Positions 1 to 9,424 of a stretch of DNA of 32,000 nucleotides are shown here, piece after piece. The position numbers and the translations under genes were made by a program. How positions within the stretch are numbered: the stretch's first letter is position 1; every line of letters starts with the position of its first letter. The notes under the pieces are model-generated. The model was not told where the DNA came from. It saw only the letters and a program-made list of their open reading frames with translations, and made no database searches. The stretch is taken from the NCBI RefSeq assembly GCF_000011805.1, contig NC_006841.2, one strand, 5' to 3'. Source of the DNA: Aliivibrio fischeri ES114. Lineage in GTDB: Bacteria > Pseudomonadota > Gammaproteobacteria > Enterobacterales > Vibrionaceae.

Positions 1-323
1 ATATTTATACTGACAGTTTATTTTTACACGCTAGTACAAATGTACCATTAATGCTTCCTTCTTTAGTCGATAATTATCAAAAAATAAATACGACACGTAA
101 AAAGTCAGATTCTATTTTAACAAAAAGAGAAAAAGAATGCTTAGCGTGGGCGAGTGAAGGAAAAAGTACATGGGATATTTCAAAAATACTTGGCTGCAGT
201 GAGCGTACTGTCACTTTTCATTTAACCAATACTCAAATGAAACTCAATACAACTAACCGCTGCCAAAGTATTTCTAAAGCAATTTTAACTGGCGCCATTA
301 ATTGTCCATACCTTAAAAATTAA
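1..323 (+). CDS. luxR: LuxR quorum-sensing activator, C-terminal part (5' end lies left of the window)
   Basis: The frame is open from base 3 (IYTDSLFLHASTNVPLMLPS...) to TAA at 321-323. The HTH segment TKREKECLAWASEGKSTWDISKILGCSERTVTFHLTN..KLNTTNRCQSISKAILTGAI matches my memory of A. fischeri LuxR closely. Confidence 0.9.
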   Translation, partial: IYTDSLFLHASTNVPLMLPSLVDNYQKINTTRKKSDSILTKREKECLAWASEGKSTWDISKILGCSERTVTFHLTNTQMKLNTTNRCQSISKAILTGAINCPYLKN

Positions 324-364
324 GTGTATGAATAAAACTTTATGCCTATAGACTTTATTTTTTG

Positions 365-1210
365 CTACTCTGTTTTCTGTGGAAAATTAATCTCATACAT
401 TTCCATAAAATCTTGGCGAATAAGTTGCTCTAAATGAGATGCTTTTTCTGTTGGGCAAAAGATCATGTAATGCACTTTTTGATCGCCCATTGAAGTAGTC
501 GTAATATGAATATGGGGCTCTGAACCTGGAAGGTCGACACCTGCGTGCTTCTCTATTACGCTGTTATAGCGTCGTGCTACTTCAATAAACTCTTCACAAT
601 GGACATCTATCTTTGCTAATAGATCCGGTAGCATTGGGTATAGATTCACGAACTCTTTAACGCAGATTGAGAAGTTATGATAAACATAGCGCTTCATGAA
701 ATTCAGGTTTTTCACTGGGTATGTAAAAAACATACTGTTTGGAAGCGTAGCTGTTTTCCCTGTGTAATCATATTGGCTATGGTGTAAATCAATCTCTTGG
801 ATAACCGTAGCCATCATGTTGTGCTCAATAACTTCACCGCACAAAGATCCTACTTCAATCCAATCTCCTATTCGAAATGAACGAGAACTTGCACGTTGAA
901 TCGAGCCAGTAAAACACAAAATAATTTCTTTCGATGCCACCACAATTGCAACGGCAATAGCAGTAACGGATAAAGCAAATTCATTAATCTCTGATTGCCA
1001 TAAAATAAATAACGTAATAACAATCACAGTAAACGAACCATTTTTGGTCCGAGAAATCCATTTACGTTGATCTTCAGTTAAAAAAGCAATATCACCACGA
1101 ATATGCTTTACCGCATAATGGCGTAATAAGAAGATGAAGCTAATAATCAACACACTAAAAATCATCTTATGTGTTAATAAAAAATCTATTACTAGTAACA
1201 GTCTATCCAC
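365..1210 (-). CDS. MscS-family small mechanosensitive channel
   Basis: N-terminal TM helices followed by an MscS-type beta domain (RIGDWIEVGSLCGEVIEHNMMATVIQEID...TLPNSMF). GTG start at 1208-1210, preceded by AGAGG. Confidence 0.75.
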   Translation of the reverse strand: MDRLLLVIDFLLTHKMIFSVLIISFIFLLRHYAVKHIRGDIAFLTEDQRKWISRTKNGSFTVIVITLFILWQSEINEFALSVTAIAVAIVVASKEIILCFTGSIQRASSRSFRIGDWIEVGSLCGEVIEHNMMATVIQEIDLHHSQYDYTGKTATLPNSMFFTYPVKNLNFMKRYVYHNFSICVKEFVNLYPMLPDLLAKIDVHCEEFIEVARRYNSVIEKHAGVDLPGSEPHIHITTTSMGDQKVHYMIFCPTEKASHLEQLIRQDFMEMYEINFPQKTE

Positions 1211-1346
1211 GCTTACCTCTTCTACTTACTGCTTTATTACTCAACAACTAGCAGTAAATATCCCATAGGTAGACCATAATTTCATCCCCATCGATCAATT
1301 TACTCGAACTTGATTCACTTTATCATAATAATAATAATCCTTTTGA

Positions 1347-1541
1347 TTAAGAATGAGTCACTTCTGAATACTCACCTTCGATGATTCGTGCTTCTTTATC
1401 TTCATTTGATTTCATTTTACGGTTATGTGATTTCGACATAATAAAGCCAACAATACTTAATCCCACAGCAAAAAATAAGCTTGAAACCAAGACAAAAAAA
1501 CCAATGAATAAAGCAATAATAGTAGCTAATAACTGTTTCAT
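1347..1541 (-). CDS. small hypothetical membrane protein (64 aa)
   Basis: One long hydrophobic stretch followed by a charged tail. ATG preceded by a GAGAG-type RBS. I recognise no family. Confidence 0.4.
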   Translation of the reverse strand: MKQLLATIIALFIGFFVLVSSLFFAVGLSIVGFIMSKSHNRKMKSNEDKEARIIEGEYSEVTHS

Positions 1542-1847
1542 ATTTTATCTCTCATTATGAATGAAATTTTATAATATCAAGCCAATTCTGAACACAAGAT
1601 GAACGATTAAATCATAACCTAAAATAATGATCTCAAATAAATAACAAACAAATCAATAATGAAACACCTCAACATAAAAATCTACATTTTCAGATGGATC
1701 ACAAAATATAAAACTATTTATACATTCTTTTATTTATAGAAATACTTTTTGATAATTATCAAGCCACCCAAAATCGATTCACGCAAAATACCCCTAAATG
1801 GTTAACCCAATACAATTTCTAATCTTTAAATTTTAAACGAGGTATTT

Positions 1848-2585
1848 ATGACTCAATCGGCTGATAAAGCACGTAAAGTCGGTATTGGCAGCTATGTGGC
1901 TCTGGCCTTTGCTGTTGTGTTCTTCTCTGGCTTTATGCAATCAAATGAATGGTATGGTGTTTTTGACTTTACAACACTAAATGGTTCATTTGGTAAAGTT
2001 GCGTATTCTGTTTCTGAAACAGCGGACGGCGTTCAAGCGGCAACCACTTCTCTACGTGGTAAAGGCGGTAGCGGTGCTCGTGACGGTTTCATTTTCGCAT
2101 TAACTCTGATCCCTACCGTTATGTTTGCATTAGGTATGATCAACGTACTTGAACATTACGGTGCACTTGATGCTGCTCGTAAACTGCTTACTCCACTTCT
2201 ACGTCCATTAATGGGTATTCCGGGTAACTCTGGTTTAGCATTAATTGCATCACTGCAAAGTACCGATGCGGGTGCTGCAATGACTCGTCAGCTAAAAGAC
2301 GAGAAACATCTAACCAAACGTGAAACCGACATTTTCACAATGTTCCAATTCACTGCGGGTGCTGCAATTGTAAACTTCTTCTCATCTGGTGCAGTGTTAT
2401 TCACACTAACTAACCCAGATGGATCTTTAGCGGTTCCATCATCTATTGGTCTAGCTGTTGTTGTTATGTTTGCTTTCAAATTTGTTGGCGCAAACTTATT
2501 CCGTATTTACCTAAATGTTACTGAAGGTAAAGAAGGACAAGATGATGACAAACAAGATAAAAAAATGACTGAGGAGACAGCATAA
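1848..2585 (+). CDS. YjiH-like nucleoside-recognition (Gate) domain inner-membrane protein
   Basis: Polytopic membrane protein with GAGG RBS before the ATG. Its TAA overlaps the next gene's ATG (TAATG at 2583-2587). Pairing with a YjiG-like partner mirrors E. coli yjiH-yjiG. Confidence 0.7.
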   Translation: MTQSADKARKVGIGSYVALAFAVVFFSGFMQSNEWYGVFDFTTLNGSFGKVAYSVSETADGVQAATTSLRGKGGSGARDGFIFALTLIPTVMFALGMINVLEHYGALDAARKLLTPLLRPLMGIPGNSGLALIASLQSTDAGAAMTRQLKDEKHLTKRETDIFTMFQFTAGAAIVNFFSSGAVLFTLTNPDGSLAVPSSIGLAVVVMFAFKFVGANLFRIYLNVTEGKEGQDDDKQDKKMTEETA

Positions 2586-3052
2586 TGAGCGACGTTAAAG
2601 CAAAAAAACCTATGGTTACCGATATCTTTGTTGAAGGCGCTAAAAAAGGTTGGGTTATTGCAACCACTTCAACGGTTCCTAACGTATTAATGGCATTTGT
2701 TATTATCAAAGCTCTTCAAATTACGGGCGCGCTTGATTTAATGGGTTCTATCTTCTCTCCTATTATGGCTATCTTTGGTCTTCCGGGTGAAGCTGCGGCA
2801 GTATTAATTGGTGCTTGGATGTCAATGGGTGGTGCAGTTGGTGTAGTTATTACTTTGTTTGACCAAGGCATCCTAAATGGTGCTCACATTGCGATTCTTG
2901 CACCGGCAATTTACTTAATGGGCTCACAAGTACAATACATGGGCCGTATCATGGGTCCTATCGGTACTGAAGGTCGCTACATTCCAGTAATGATTGCTAT
3001 CTCAGTATTAAACGCATTCGGTGCAATGTTTGTTATGAACATGATTCTATAA
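2585..3052 (+). CDS. YjiG/SpmB-like nucleoside-recognition domain membrane protein
   Basis: 155-aa hydrophobic protein, translationally coupled to the upstream YjiH-like gene. Confidence 0.7.
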   Translation: MSDVKAKKPMVTDIFVEGAKKGWVIATTSTVPNVLMAFVIIKALQITGALDLMGSIFSPIMAIFGLPGEAAAVLIGAWMSMGGAVGVVITLFDQGILNGAHIAILAPAIYLMGSQVQYMGRIMGPIGTEGRYIPVMIAISVLNAFGAMFVMNMIL

Positions 3053-3061
3053 GGATTTCAG

Positions 3062-4186
3062 ATGAACTTTTCTCTAAACGATTATCTAGAAGAACTACGC
3101 CCTCTTATTGACGTAGATTGCGGTACGTATACCGTTGAAGGCATCGAAGTTATTGCTAATCAAATGGCTGCCAAATACGAAGCAATGAACGGCTGGTCTG
3201 TTAAGCGTATTGACTGTGGCAAAGCAGGCGTTGGCCTTGAAGTTCGCAACAAACCTGAAGCTGAACATATTGATGTGATGATGATTGGTCACATGGATAC
3301 GGTTTTCCCTGTAGGTACAGCTGCAGAGCGTCCAATGTCTTTGGATGCTGAAAAAGCGTATGGTCCAGGTGTTTCTGATATGAAATCAGGCCTATTAAAC
3401 GTGGTATATGCACTACGCAACCTAGACAAAGCAGTATTAGATAAACTCTCAATTTGTGTTTGCATGAACCCAGATGAAGAGACAGGATCATTAGATTCAG
3501 TTGACTGGATCCAAGAAACAGCGAAAAAAGCGAAAAACGTATTGGTTGCAGAAGCAGCTCGTGCAGATGGTGGCTTAGTTAAAGCTCGTAAAGGCATGGC
3601 TCGCTACAAAATGACCTTTAACGGTAAAGCCGCTCACGCTGGTAACGAACCAGAGAATGGCCGCAGTGCGATCACTGAAATGGCTAACTGGATCTTAGCG
3701 ACAAACGCGATGACTAACTTTGAATCAGGCACTACGTTAAACGTAGGCGTGGTTTCTGGTGGCGCGGGCGCAAACATCGTTCCTGATTTAGCGACGGCTA
3801 TCGTTGATGTTCGTTTCTGGGATAACGCAGAATATGACCAAGTAGATACTACTTTAAATGGCATGATTACAACGCCATTTGTGGATGGAGTATCGATTGA
3901 ACTGGTTCGTGAAGCGTATAAGCCTTCTATGGTGCCATCAGAGCAAACTGAAGCACTAATGGCGATGATTGAAGAATCAGCTCAAGAGCTAAACATTGAT
4001 ATCAACTGGAAAGAAGTGGGTGGCGGCTCTGATGCTAACAACACGGCAATCTTAGGTGTTCCAACATTAGATGGTCTAGGCCCTATCGGTGCAGGTTTCC
4101 ACAGCGCTGATGAATACTTACTGCTTGAGTCAATCGAACCACGCATTAAACTGCTAATGAGCGTATTAACGAAATTAGCTAAATAG
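3062..4186 (+). CDS. M20-family metallopeptidase (carboxypeptidase G2 / amidohydrolase-like)
   Basis: M20 metal-binding motifs: MIGHMDTVFP, GPGVSDMKSG, NPDEETGS and a C-terminal GAGFHSADEY. Confidence 0.85.
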   Translation: MNFSLNDYLEELRPLIDVDCGTYTVEGIEVIANQMAAKYEAMNGWSVKRIDCGKAGVGLEVRNKPEAEHIDVMMIGHMDTVFPVGTAAERPMSLDAEKAYGPGVSDMKSGLLNVVYALRNLDKAVLDKLSICVCMNPDEETGSLDSVDWIQETAKKAKNVLVAEAARADGGLVKARKGMARYKMTFNGKAAHAGNEPENGRSAITEMANWILATNAMTNFESGTTLNVGVVSGGAGANIVPDLATAIVDVRFWDNAEYDQVDTTLNGMITTPFVDGVSIELVREAYKPSMVPSEQTEALMAMIEESAQELNIDINWKEVGGGSDANNTAILGVPTLDGLGPIGAGFHSADEYLLLESIEPRIKLLMSVLTKLAK

Positions 4187-4232
4187 TATTTGTGATATAA
4201 CGATAACAACGCTTTTAGCTAGGTAACAACAT

Positions 4233-4265
4233 AAAACAGCGAGCACTTGGCTCGCTGTTTTTTTA
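4233..4265. terminator. Bidirectional rho-independent terminator between the M20 and AraC genes
   Basis: Stem cagcgagc (4237-4244) / gctcgctg (4250-4257), A-run on the left and a T7 run on the right. Confidence 0.75.
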
Positions 4266-4290
4266 TCTTTTTTAATCAATACGTCTTTAA

Positions 4291-5076
4291 TTAATACGAC
4301 ACGGTTTTCATATATTGTTTGGGGGTAATACCAAACTGCTGATGAAAACGTTGACTAAAACGTGTTTCAGATTGATATCCACACTGTAATGCCAGATCTA
4401 ATTGGCTTTGCTTTCTCTCTTGCATTAAAGAAAGAGCATGACTCATTCTTACGTTCGCTAATACCGTTCTAAAATTGGTTCCATCTTGATTTAATCGACG
4501 GATCAACGTCGCTCGACTCATAGAGAAAGCATGTGATACTTCATCTAACTGATAATTTTCTGCGGGATCTTTGGAAAAATAAGCACTCAGTTTATTTTGC
4601 AAAGAATCATGGGACTCTGAGAATAAAACATGCAATGCACCAACTTCTACTAGCTGCTGATAAAAGGCAAATAAATGATGTTTTTGCACATTAGAGCTTA
4701 AATTCTGAGAACTCATCTCGATTAGCAAAGAAAAACCATACGCTAATGTTGAAGAAACCTTAATAGCGTTAAGATGTTCATGTCTACGTCGATTCTCTTT
4801 ACTCTCCTCGATCATTTCAGGCGTTGGCGGAAACAAAAAACAGATCTGAACCGAGTAAAAATGATCTTTTGCTGGTTTATTAATAAAACTCAGATCTTGG
4901 TTAGCCGCGGTTAGTAACCATAATTGAGCATCAATATCGTAATTTTCAGTACCTTGAATTACTCTTTTTATACCAGATTTTACCCAAATAATACTTGGAG
5001 CATAAATATGAACATTACGTAAATGTTGATCATTAACGCCTGAATAAGTTTGTACCTTAAGCAGTGTGTCACTCAT
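4291..5076 (-). CDS. AraC-family transcriptional regulator
   Basis: C-terminal double HTH (ATLIRRLNQDGTNFRTVL...CGYQSETRFSQRFHQQFGITPKQY) with an N-terminal cupin-like region. Confidence 0.85.
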   Translation of the reverse strand: MSDTLLKVQTYSGVNDQHLRNVHIYAPSIIWVKSGIKRVIQGTENYDIDAQLWLLTAANQDLSFINKPAKDHFYSVQICFLFPPTPEMIEESKENRRRHEHLNAIKVSSTLAYGFSLLIEMSSQNLSSNVQKHHLFAFYQQLVEVGALHVLFSESHDSLQNKLSAYFSKDPAENYQLDEVSHAFSMSRATLIRRLNQDGTNFRTVLANVRMSHALSLMQERKQSQLDLALQCGYQSETRFSQRFHQQFGITPKQYMKTVSY

Positions 5077-5099
5077 TTTATGCTCCTAATTCTTATCAA

Positions 5100-5618
5100 T
5101 TAACGCACATACGTTGCTGTTAATACCGCTTTGTCTAACGCCATGCTATTTAAAGTATAACCAACTACTGCTGGTGAAATGTCTGCTGGTAAATCGATTT
5201 TCTCTTGTGGTAATGCCCACACTGTATATTGGTATCTGTGCATGCCATCACCTTCTGGAGGACAAGCACCACCGTAACTCATCGTACCGAAGTCATTCTT
5301 AGTTTGTAATGTATTTTTCATTGCCGAGCCTTGCTCAATGCTGTGTACATTTGCAGGAATATTTAGTGCTAACCAATGCCACCAACCACTGCCTGTAGGT
5401 GCATCTGGATCAAATACCGTAATGGCAAAACTTTTTGTTCCTTTTGGCGCATCTTTCCAACTTAATTGTGGAGAGATATTATCACCAGTACAGCCCATAC
5501 CTGAGAAGGTAAACTTGCTATTCATCAATTGACCTTCGTGTATATCTGAACTTGATACTTCAAAAGCGTGGCTAGAAAATGATGCAAGAGTAAGTAACAC
5601 TAATAATGCTTTGTTCAT
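5100..5618 (-). CDS. YbhB/YbcL-family PEBP (Raf-kinase-inhibitor-like) periplasmic protein
   Basis: PEBP motifs FDPDAPTGSGWWHW and GPCPP-like GGACPPEGDGMHRYQYTVWAL. Signal peptide MNKALLVLLTLASFSSHA. I prefer the ATG at 5618 (AAGGA RBS) over the GTG at 5633 used in the ORF track. Confidence 0.85.
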   Translation of the reverse strand: MNKALLVLLTLASFSSHAFEVSSSDIHEGQLMNSKFTFSGMGCTGDNISPQLSWKDAPKGTKSFAITVFDPDAPTGSGWWHWLALNIPANVHSIEQGSAMKNTLQTKNDFGTMSYGGACPPEGDGMHRYQYTVWALPQEKIDLPADISPAVVGYTLNSMALDKAVLTATYVR

Positions 5619-5757
5619 AATAATTTCCTTCACTGTTTATAGAGTGTTCTAATTAAGTACAGGAGCATTATTACGAATAAAACAAACCAAAAGACAACAT
5701 AAAGTATCAAATGATAATTAAATTAAACTTATTTTGATACTTTTAGCAAAAAAAACA

Positions 5758-6213
5758 TTAATTACGAAGCTCTAAGGTATACATCATAGTAGACGCCATT
5801 TCATCACCACCTTCTGGAGGCGCGACTACCCCAAACTTTGTATTTTCAAAGAAAAGATAAAAAGTGGTATCAGCAGTTAATCCATTTCCAAGTGGTAACC
5901 AACCTGATTGATGCTTTCCTGAAAGAGGAGGAAATGCAAACTCAAAATTCAACAACGCATTTTCAAAATCACCGTTTTGAGTTTCATCTTGCCAGTCTTG
6001 ATAAGAGGCTTGATCAATAATATAAGATTCAGACAACACATGATTAATGTCTTGTACTGAAATATTCACTTCTTGATTTGGTTTTAGTGTAAATTCTACA
6101 ACTTTGTAATCATTAGGGGAGATTAAAATTGAATCTATGTTATTTTCATCTTCTGTATCGCACCCAACCAACAGTCCTATAAGTGCAATAGGTAACACTT
6201 TCTTTATATTCAT
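5758..6213 (-). CDS. hypothetical lipoprotein
   Basis: MNIKKVLPIALIGLLVGC has a lipobox (LVGC). The ORF track extends the start to 6231. I recognise no family. Confidence 0.45.
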   Translation of the reverse strand: MNIKKVLPIALIGLLVGCDTEDENNIDSILISPNDYKVVEFTLKPNQEVNISVQDINHVLSESYIIDQASYQDWQDETQNGDFENALLNFEFAFPPLSGKHQSGWLPLGNGLTADTTFYLFFENTKFGVVAPPEGGDEMASTMMYTLELRN

Positions 6214-6448
6214 AAAATCAATCCAATGCATAAAAATAAGTTATATTAAGTATGGTATGTTTTTTCATAAAAAAAAGCCACTTAGGACTAACTAAATGGC
6301 TTTTGGCGCATACACTTTAGGAGCAATATGCTTTTGGGGATACGGTTATACTAGGCTAAAAAGAGCACATGAAAAAGTGAACACTTCACCCAGTATCCTT
6401 TCCCCTTTATACTAAGAACAATAATAGTATTTTACGCATAGGCACAAC

Positions 6449-6838
6449 ATGAAAAGCAGTGATATTTTACTTGGAAAACTCAATACTGAGTTTAAAACTG
6501 TATCAGCCATGATAGAGATTTACTGTAAAAAACACCACAATGCTACCCACCTATGTGAAGAGTGCCAGCAATTGATGGACTATGCAGAAGTACGATTAGA
6601 TCGTTGCCCCTATGGCGAGAATAAACCAACCTGCAATACCTGCCCGATTCATTGTTATAAGCCCGAACCAAAAGAACAAATGCGTCTTGTTATGCGCTTT
6701 TCAGGCCCAAGAATGCTACTGCATCACCCCATACTGGCGATTCGTCATCTATTATCAGAAAAGAGAACCGTTGTAGATAAACCACAACCTAATGCTTCAA
6801 ACCGTCATATTAGACTTAAGAATGGAAATAAAAAATGA
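6449..6838 (+). CDS. YgbA-like 'nitrous oxide-stimulated promoter' family Cys-rich protein
   Basis: RLDRCPYGENKPTCNTCPIHCYKPEPKEQMRLVMRFSGPRMLLHHPILAIRHL matches the YgbA pattern as I recall it (RLDKC..GE.KP.C..CP.HCY.P....MR..GPRM..HP). Confidence 0.75.
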   Translation: MKSSDILLGKLNTEFKTVSAMIEIYCKKHHNATHLCEECQQLMDYAEVRLDRCPYGENKPTCNTCPIHCYKPEPKEQMRLVMRFSGPRMLLHHPILAIRHLLSEKRTVVDKPQPNASNRHIRLKNGNKK

Positions 6839-7716
6839 ACTGGACATTAGATCAACTGAACGCTTTTGTAACCTCAGTAAAATGTGGTTCTTTTTCTGCT
6901 GCAGCACGTCAAATGGGGAAGGCGCAATCACGAATTAGTACCGCAATTTCCAATTTAGAGACAGATCTTGGATTTGAACTGTTTGATCGAAGTGCTCGTT
7001 TACCTGTTTTAACTCAAGATGGCAAAGATATGTTTGTAGAAGCTCAAGCTATTTTAGAGCAATGCGAACGACTACAAGCTCGAGCAGATACTGTTGCAAC
7101 CGGTGAAGAAATCGCACTCACTGTTGCATTAGATGAAGCAGTACCTATTGACGTATTTGAAGATTTCTTTCAAAAAATCTCGGCTAAATTCCCGCTATTA
7201 AAACTGACAATTATTAATGGCTCTCAGGCCGATATTGCACGATGGGTTGATGAAAAAAAAGCAGATCTTGGATTTTTATTTCGAGTTAATGTTCTGTCAG
7301 ATTCACTAGAATATTTATCCCTTGGCTTTTTTAATCAGGCATTAATTGTCTCGCCAGAACACCCTTTAGCTCAATTTGAAAAGCCAACGTTGATCCAGCT
7401 AAATCAATATCGACAATTGGTTATTCGAGATCGTGTAGGCCACTCTCAAGAAAAACCAATTTCGGCCAATCACTGGTATATCGACAGCTATTATTATATT
7501 ACCGCTCTGGTTATTCGCAGTGTTGGTTGGGCATTAGTTCCTGAACACATATTAGAATCAGGCTGGTATAAAAACCAAACTCAAAAACTATCTACAGATC
7601 ATATCCTTGATACATTACAAATTGAATGGGGAGTAGTAAAACGTAGAGACAGCGGTATGGGCAATGTTATGGAGTGGATGATAGATGAAATCGAACACAC
7701 ATTTAAAAAACAATAA
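6835..7716 (+). CDS. LysR-family transcriptional regulator
   Basis: N-terminal wHTH (LNAFVTSVKCGSFSAAARQMGKAQSRISTAISNLETDLGFELFDR) plus a substrate-binding domain. ATGA overlap with the upstream gene at 6835-6838. Confidence 0.9.
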   Translation: MNWTLDQLNAFVTSVKCGSFSAAARQMGKAQSRISTAISNLETDLGFELFDRSARLPVLTQDGKDMFVEAQAILEQCERLQARADTVATGEEIALTVALDEAVPIDVFEDFFQKISAKFPLLKLTIINGSQADIARWVDEKKADLGFLFRVNVLSDSLEYLSLGFFNQALIVSPEHPLAQFEKPTLIQLNQYRQLVIRDRVGHSQEKPISANHWYIDSYYYITALVIRSVGWALVPEHILESGWYKNQTQKLSTDHILDTLQIEWGVVKRRDSGMGNVMEWMIDEIEHTFKKQ

Positions 7717-7731
7717 GAAGATCATGGAACG

Positions 7732-8562
7732 ATGAAAGCACAACTTAAAACTCATTTATTAAATAACGAAACGGTTGATTTATATGAACTGTTTCATCAA
7801 TTACAACCTATTTCAATTTATGAAATAATTAATCAATTACATCAACTTAAGCATGAATTGGAATTAACCACCAAACTGAGTCCTTTGGTTTCTCAAATTG
7901 ATGGTCTATTACCAAGATTAAACGCTATTGATAATCCAAAAGATCAAATTGAATGGTTATGTACAGAAATTGATATTGCACAGCGAGGGCATAGTATGAG
8001 CCGGTATATTCATTTGGTTGATTCTCATAGTACTTTTACCCCTAAAGCTGATCTTGTTCTTTTTGGTGATTCAATTACCGAATGGGGACCATGGCAAGAT
8101 GTATTAACTCATATTCCTCATGTAAATCGTGGCATTGCGGGGGACACCACTTTTGGCATGTTGCGAAGAATTGAAACGGTTCTAGCAGTACAACCAAAAC
8201 TCATTACGATCATGGCTGGTATTAATGATTTGAGCCAAGGTTTTTCTGTTGATTCTGTCTTTGATAATTACACAAAAATCTTAGCTTATTGGCAACAAAA
8301 CAATTGTGAAATTCTAGTGCAAAGTACATTATTTTGTGGTCAAAAACTGGTTCATCTTAATGCTCAAGTTGCTGAGTTAAACGATCGTTTAGTTGCCTAC
8401 TGTCAGCAGCATCAAATCAATTATCTAGATGTAAATGCCGTTCTTTGTCCGAATCAATTCTTATCAAATGATTTTACATGTGACGACTTACATTTAAACG
8501 CTCTAGCCTATTCAACTTGGATTAACTTACTCCAACCTAAAATAGAAACGTTATTACCATAA
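7732..8562 (+). CDS. SGNH/GDSL-family hydrolase with an N-terminal extension of roughly 95 aa
   Basis: SGNH blocks are in order: LFGDSITEWG (I), GIAGDTT (II), MAGINDL (III), DDLHLN (V). Confidence 0.75.
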   Translation: MKAQLKTHLLNNETVDLYELFHQLQPISIYEIINQLHQLKHELELTTKLSPLVSQIDGLLPRLNAIDNPKDQIEWLCTEIDIAQRGHSMSRYIHLVDSHSTFTPKADLVLFGDSITEWGPWQDVLTHIPHVNRGIAGDTTFGMLRRIETVLAVQPKLITIMAGINDLSQGFSVDSVFDNYTKILAYWQQNNCEILVQSTLFCGQKLVHLNAQVAELNDRLVAYCQQHQINYLDVNAVLCPNQFLSNDFTCDDLHLNALAYSTWINLLQPKIETLLP

Positions 8563-8564
8563 AT

Positions 8565-8598
8565 AAAAACGGCTCATCTATTAAATGAGCCGTTTATT
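8565..8598. terminator. Bidirectional terminator between the SGNH and HAD genes
   Basis: Stem aaacggctcat (8567-8577) / atgagccgttt (8585-8595), flanked by A/T runs. Confidence 0.75.
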
Positions 8599-8617
8599 TA
8601 AATAAGACTTGAAAATC

Positions 8618-9271
8618 TTAGCGAGCTTTTAGTTCAGCTAAAACCTCAACCATAGAAGGTAAAATACGATGACCAAGTTCAATAACATCTTGGCTTGGTT
8701 GTACTAAATCAGGGATTTGGTAAGTGATCATTGTTGCGGTAACCGCCGCACGAGTTCCATTATTAGAATCTTCAAATGCTAAGCACGTTTCAGGAGCAAT
8801 ACCTAAACGTTCCGCTGCTAAAAAATAAATTTCTGGATGTGGCTTACTGTTCTCAACCTCACACCCCGTAGCAAGTACATCAAAATAACCATCAAGACCC
8901 GCTAATGCTAATTTCTTAATAGCGATATCATTTTGAGTTGATGTAGCAACAGCCATTGGGATCTTATTGGCTTTTAACCACTCTAACAGCTCAATAACGC
9001 CTTCTTTAACAGGAATAGCTTGATTCTGAACTATAGAAAAATAACGGATACGCCACGCTTTATTTAAAGCAGGGTAATCGATATCAGGACCATAGCCAGC
9101 ACGGAAAAGCTCTTCAATACGTTTAGCGTTACAGCCAATCCCCGACAGATAAACATCTTCAAGAAATGGAACATTCTCTGCTTCACATGCTTGTTGAAAC
9201 ACGGACATACACACTCTTTCTGTATCGAGAAGTAGTCCATCCATATCGAAAATTGCAGCTTTAAATGTCAT
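8618..9271 (-). CDS. HAD-IA family phosphatase (beta-phosphoglucomutase/YniC-like)
   Basis: Motif I FDMDGLLLDTE, motif II VATST, C-terminal FEDSNNG. Confidence 0.85.
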   Translation of the reverse strand: MTFKAAIFDMDGLLLDTERVCMSVFQQACEAENVPFLEDVYLSGIGCNAKRIEELFRAGYGPDIDYPALNKAWRIRYFSIVQNQAIPVKEGVIELLEWLKANKIPMAVATSTQNDIAIKKLALAGLDGYFDVLATGCEVENSKPHPEIYFLAAERLGIAPETCLAFEDSNNGTRAAVTATMITYQIPDLVQPSQDVIELGHRILPSMVEVLAELKAR

Positions 9272-9424
9272 GAGAAACCTTACTGTATGAATAGCAAAAA
9301 AACGTTACGTATACCTATAACTCACTATACGTGGAGAATTGTCATAGTAAGCCAAAATGAGAGATGAAAAAAGTGAACTCTTAATTTAAAAGCACTTCCT
9401 CTTTAATTACAACCAACCGATAAA

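Noticed and set aside
1-323. luxR as a truncated pseudogene
   Set aside because: The frame is open right up to base 3, so the truncation is simply the window edge.
1542-1847. Riboswitch or sRNA in the 300-nt AT-rich leader upstream of the yjiH-like gene
   Set aside because: I could identify no conserved riboswitch core or stable GC-containing helices by eye. It looks like an ordinary AT-rich promoter region.
6232-6448. NsrR operator upstream of the ygbA-like gene
   Set aside because: I could not find an AAGATGCATTT...AAATGCATCTT-type palindrome in this intergenic region. Only a weak 5-bp hairpin (agcca...tggct) is present.
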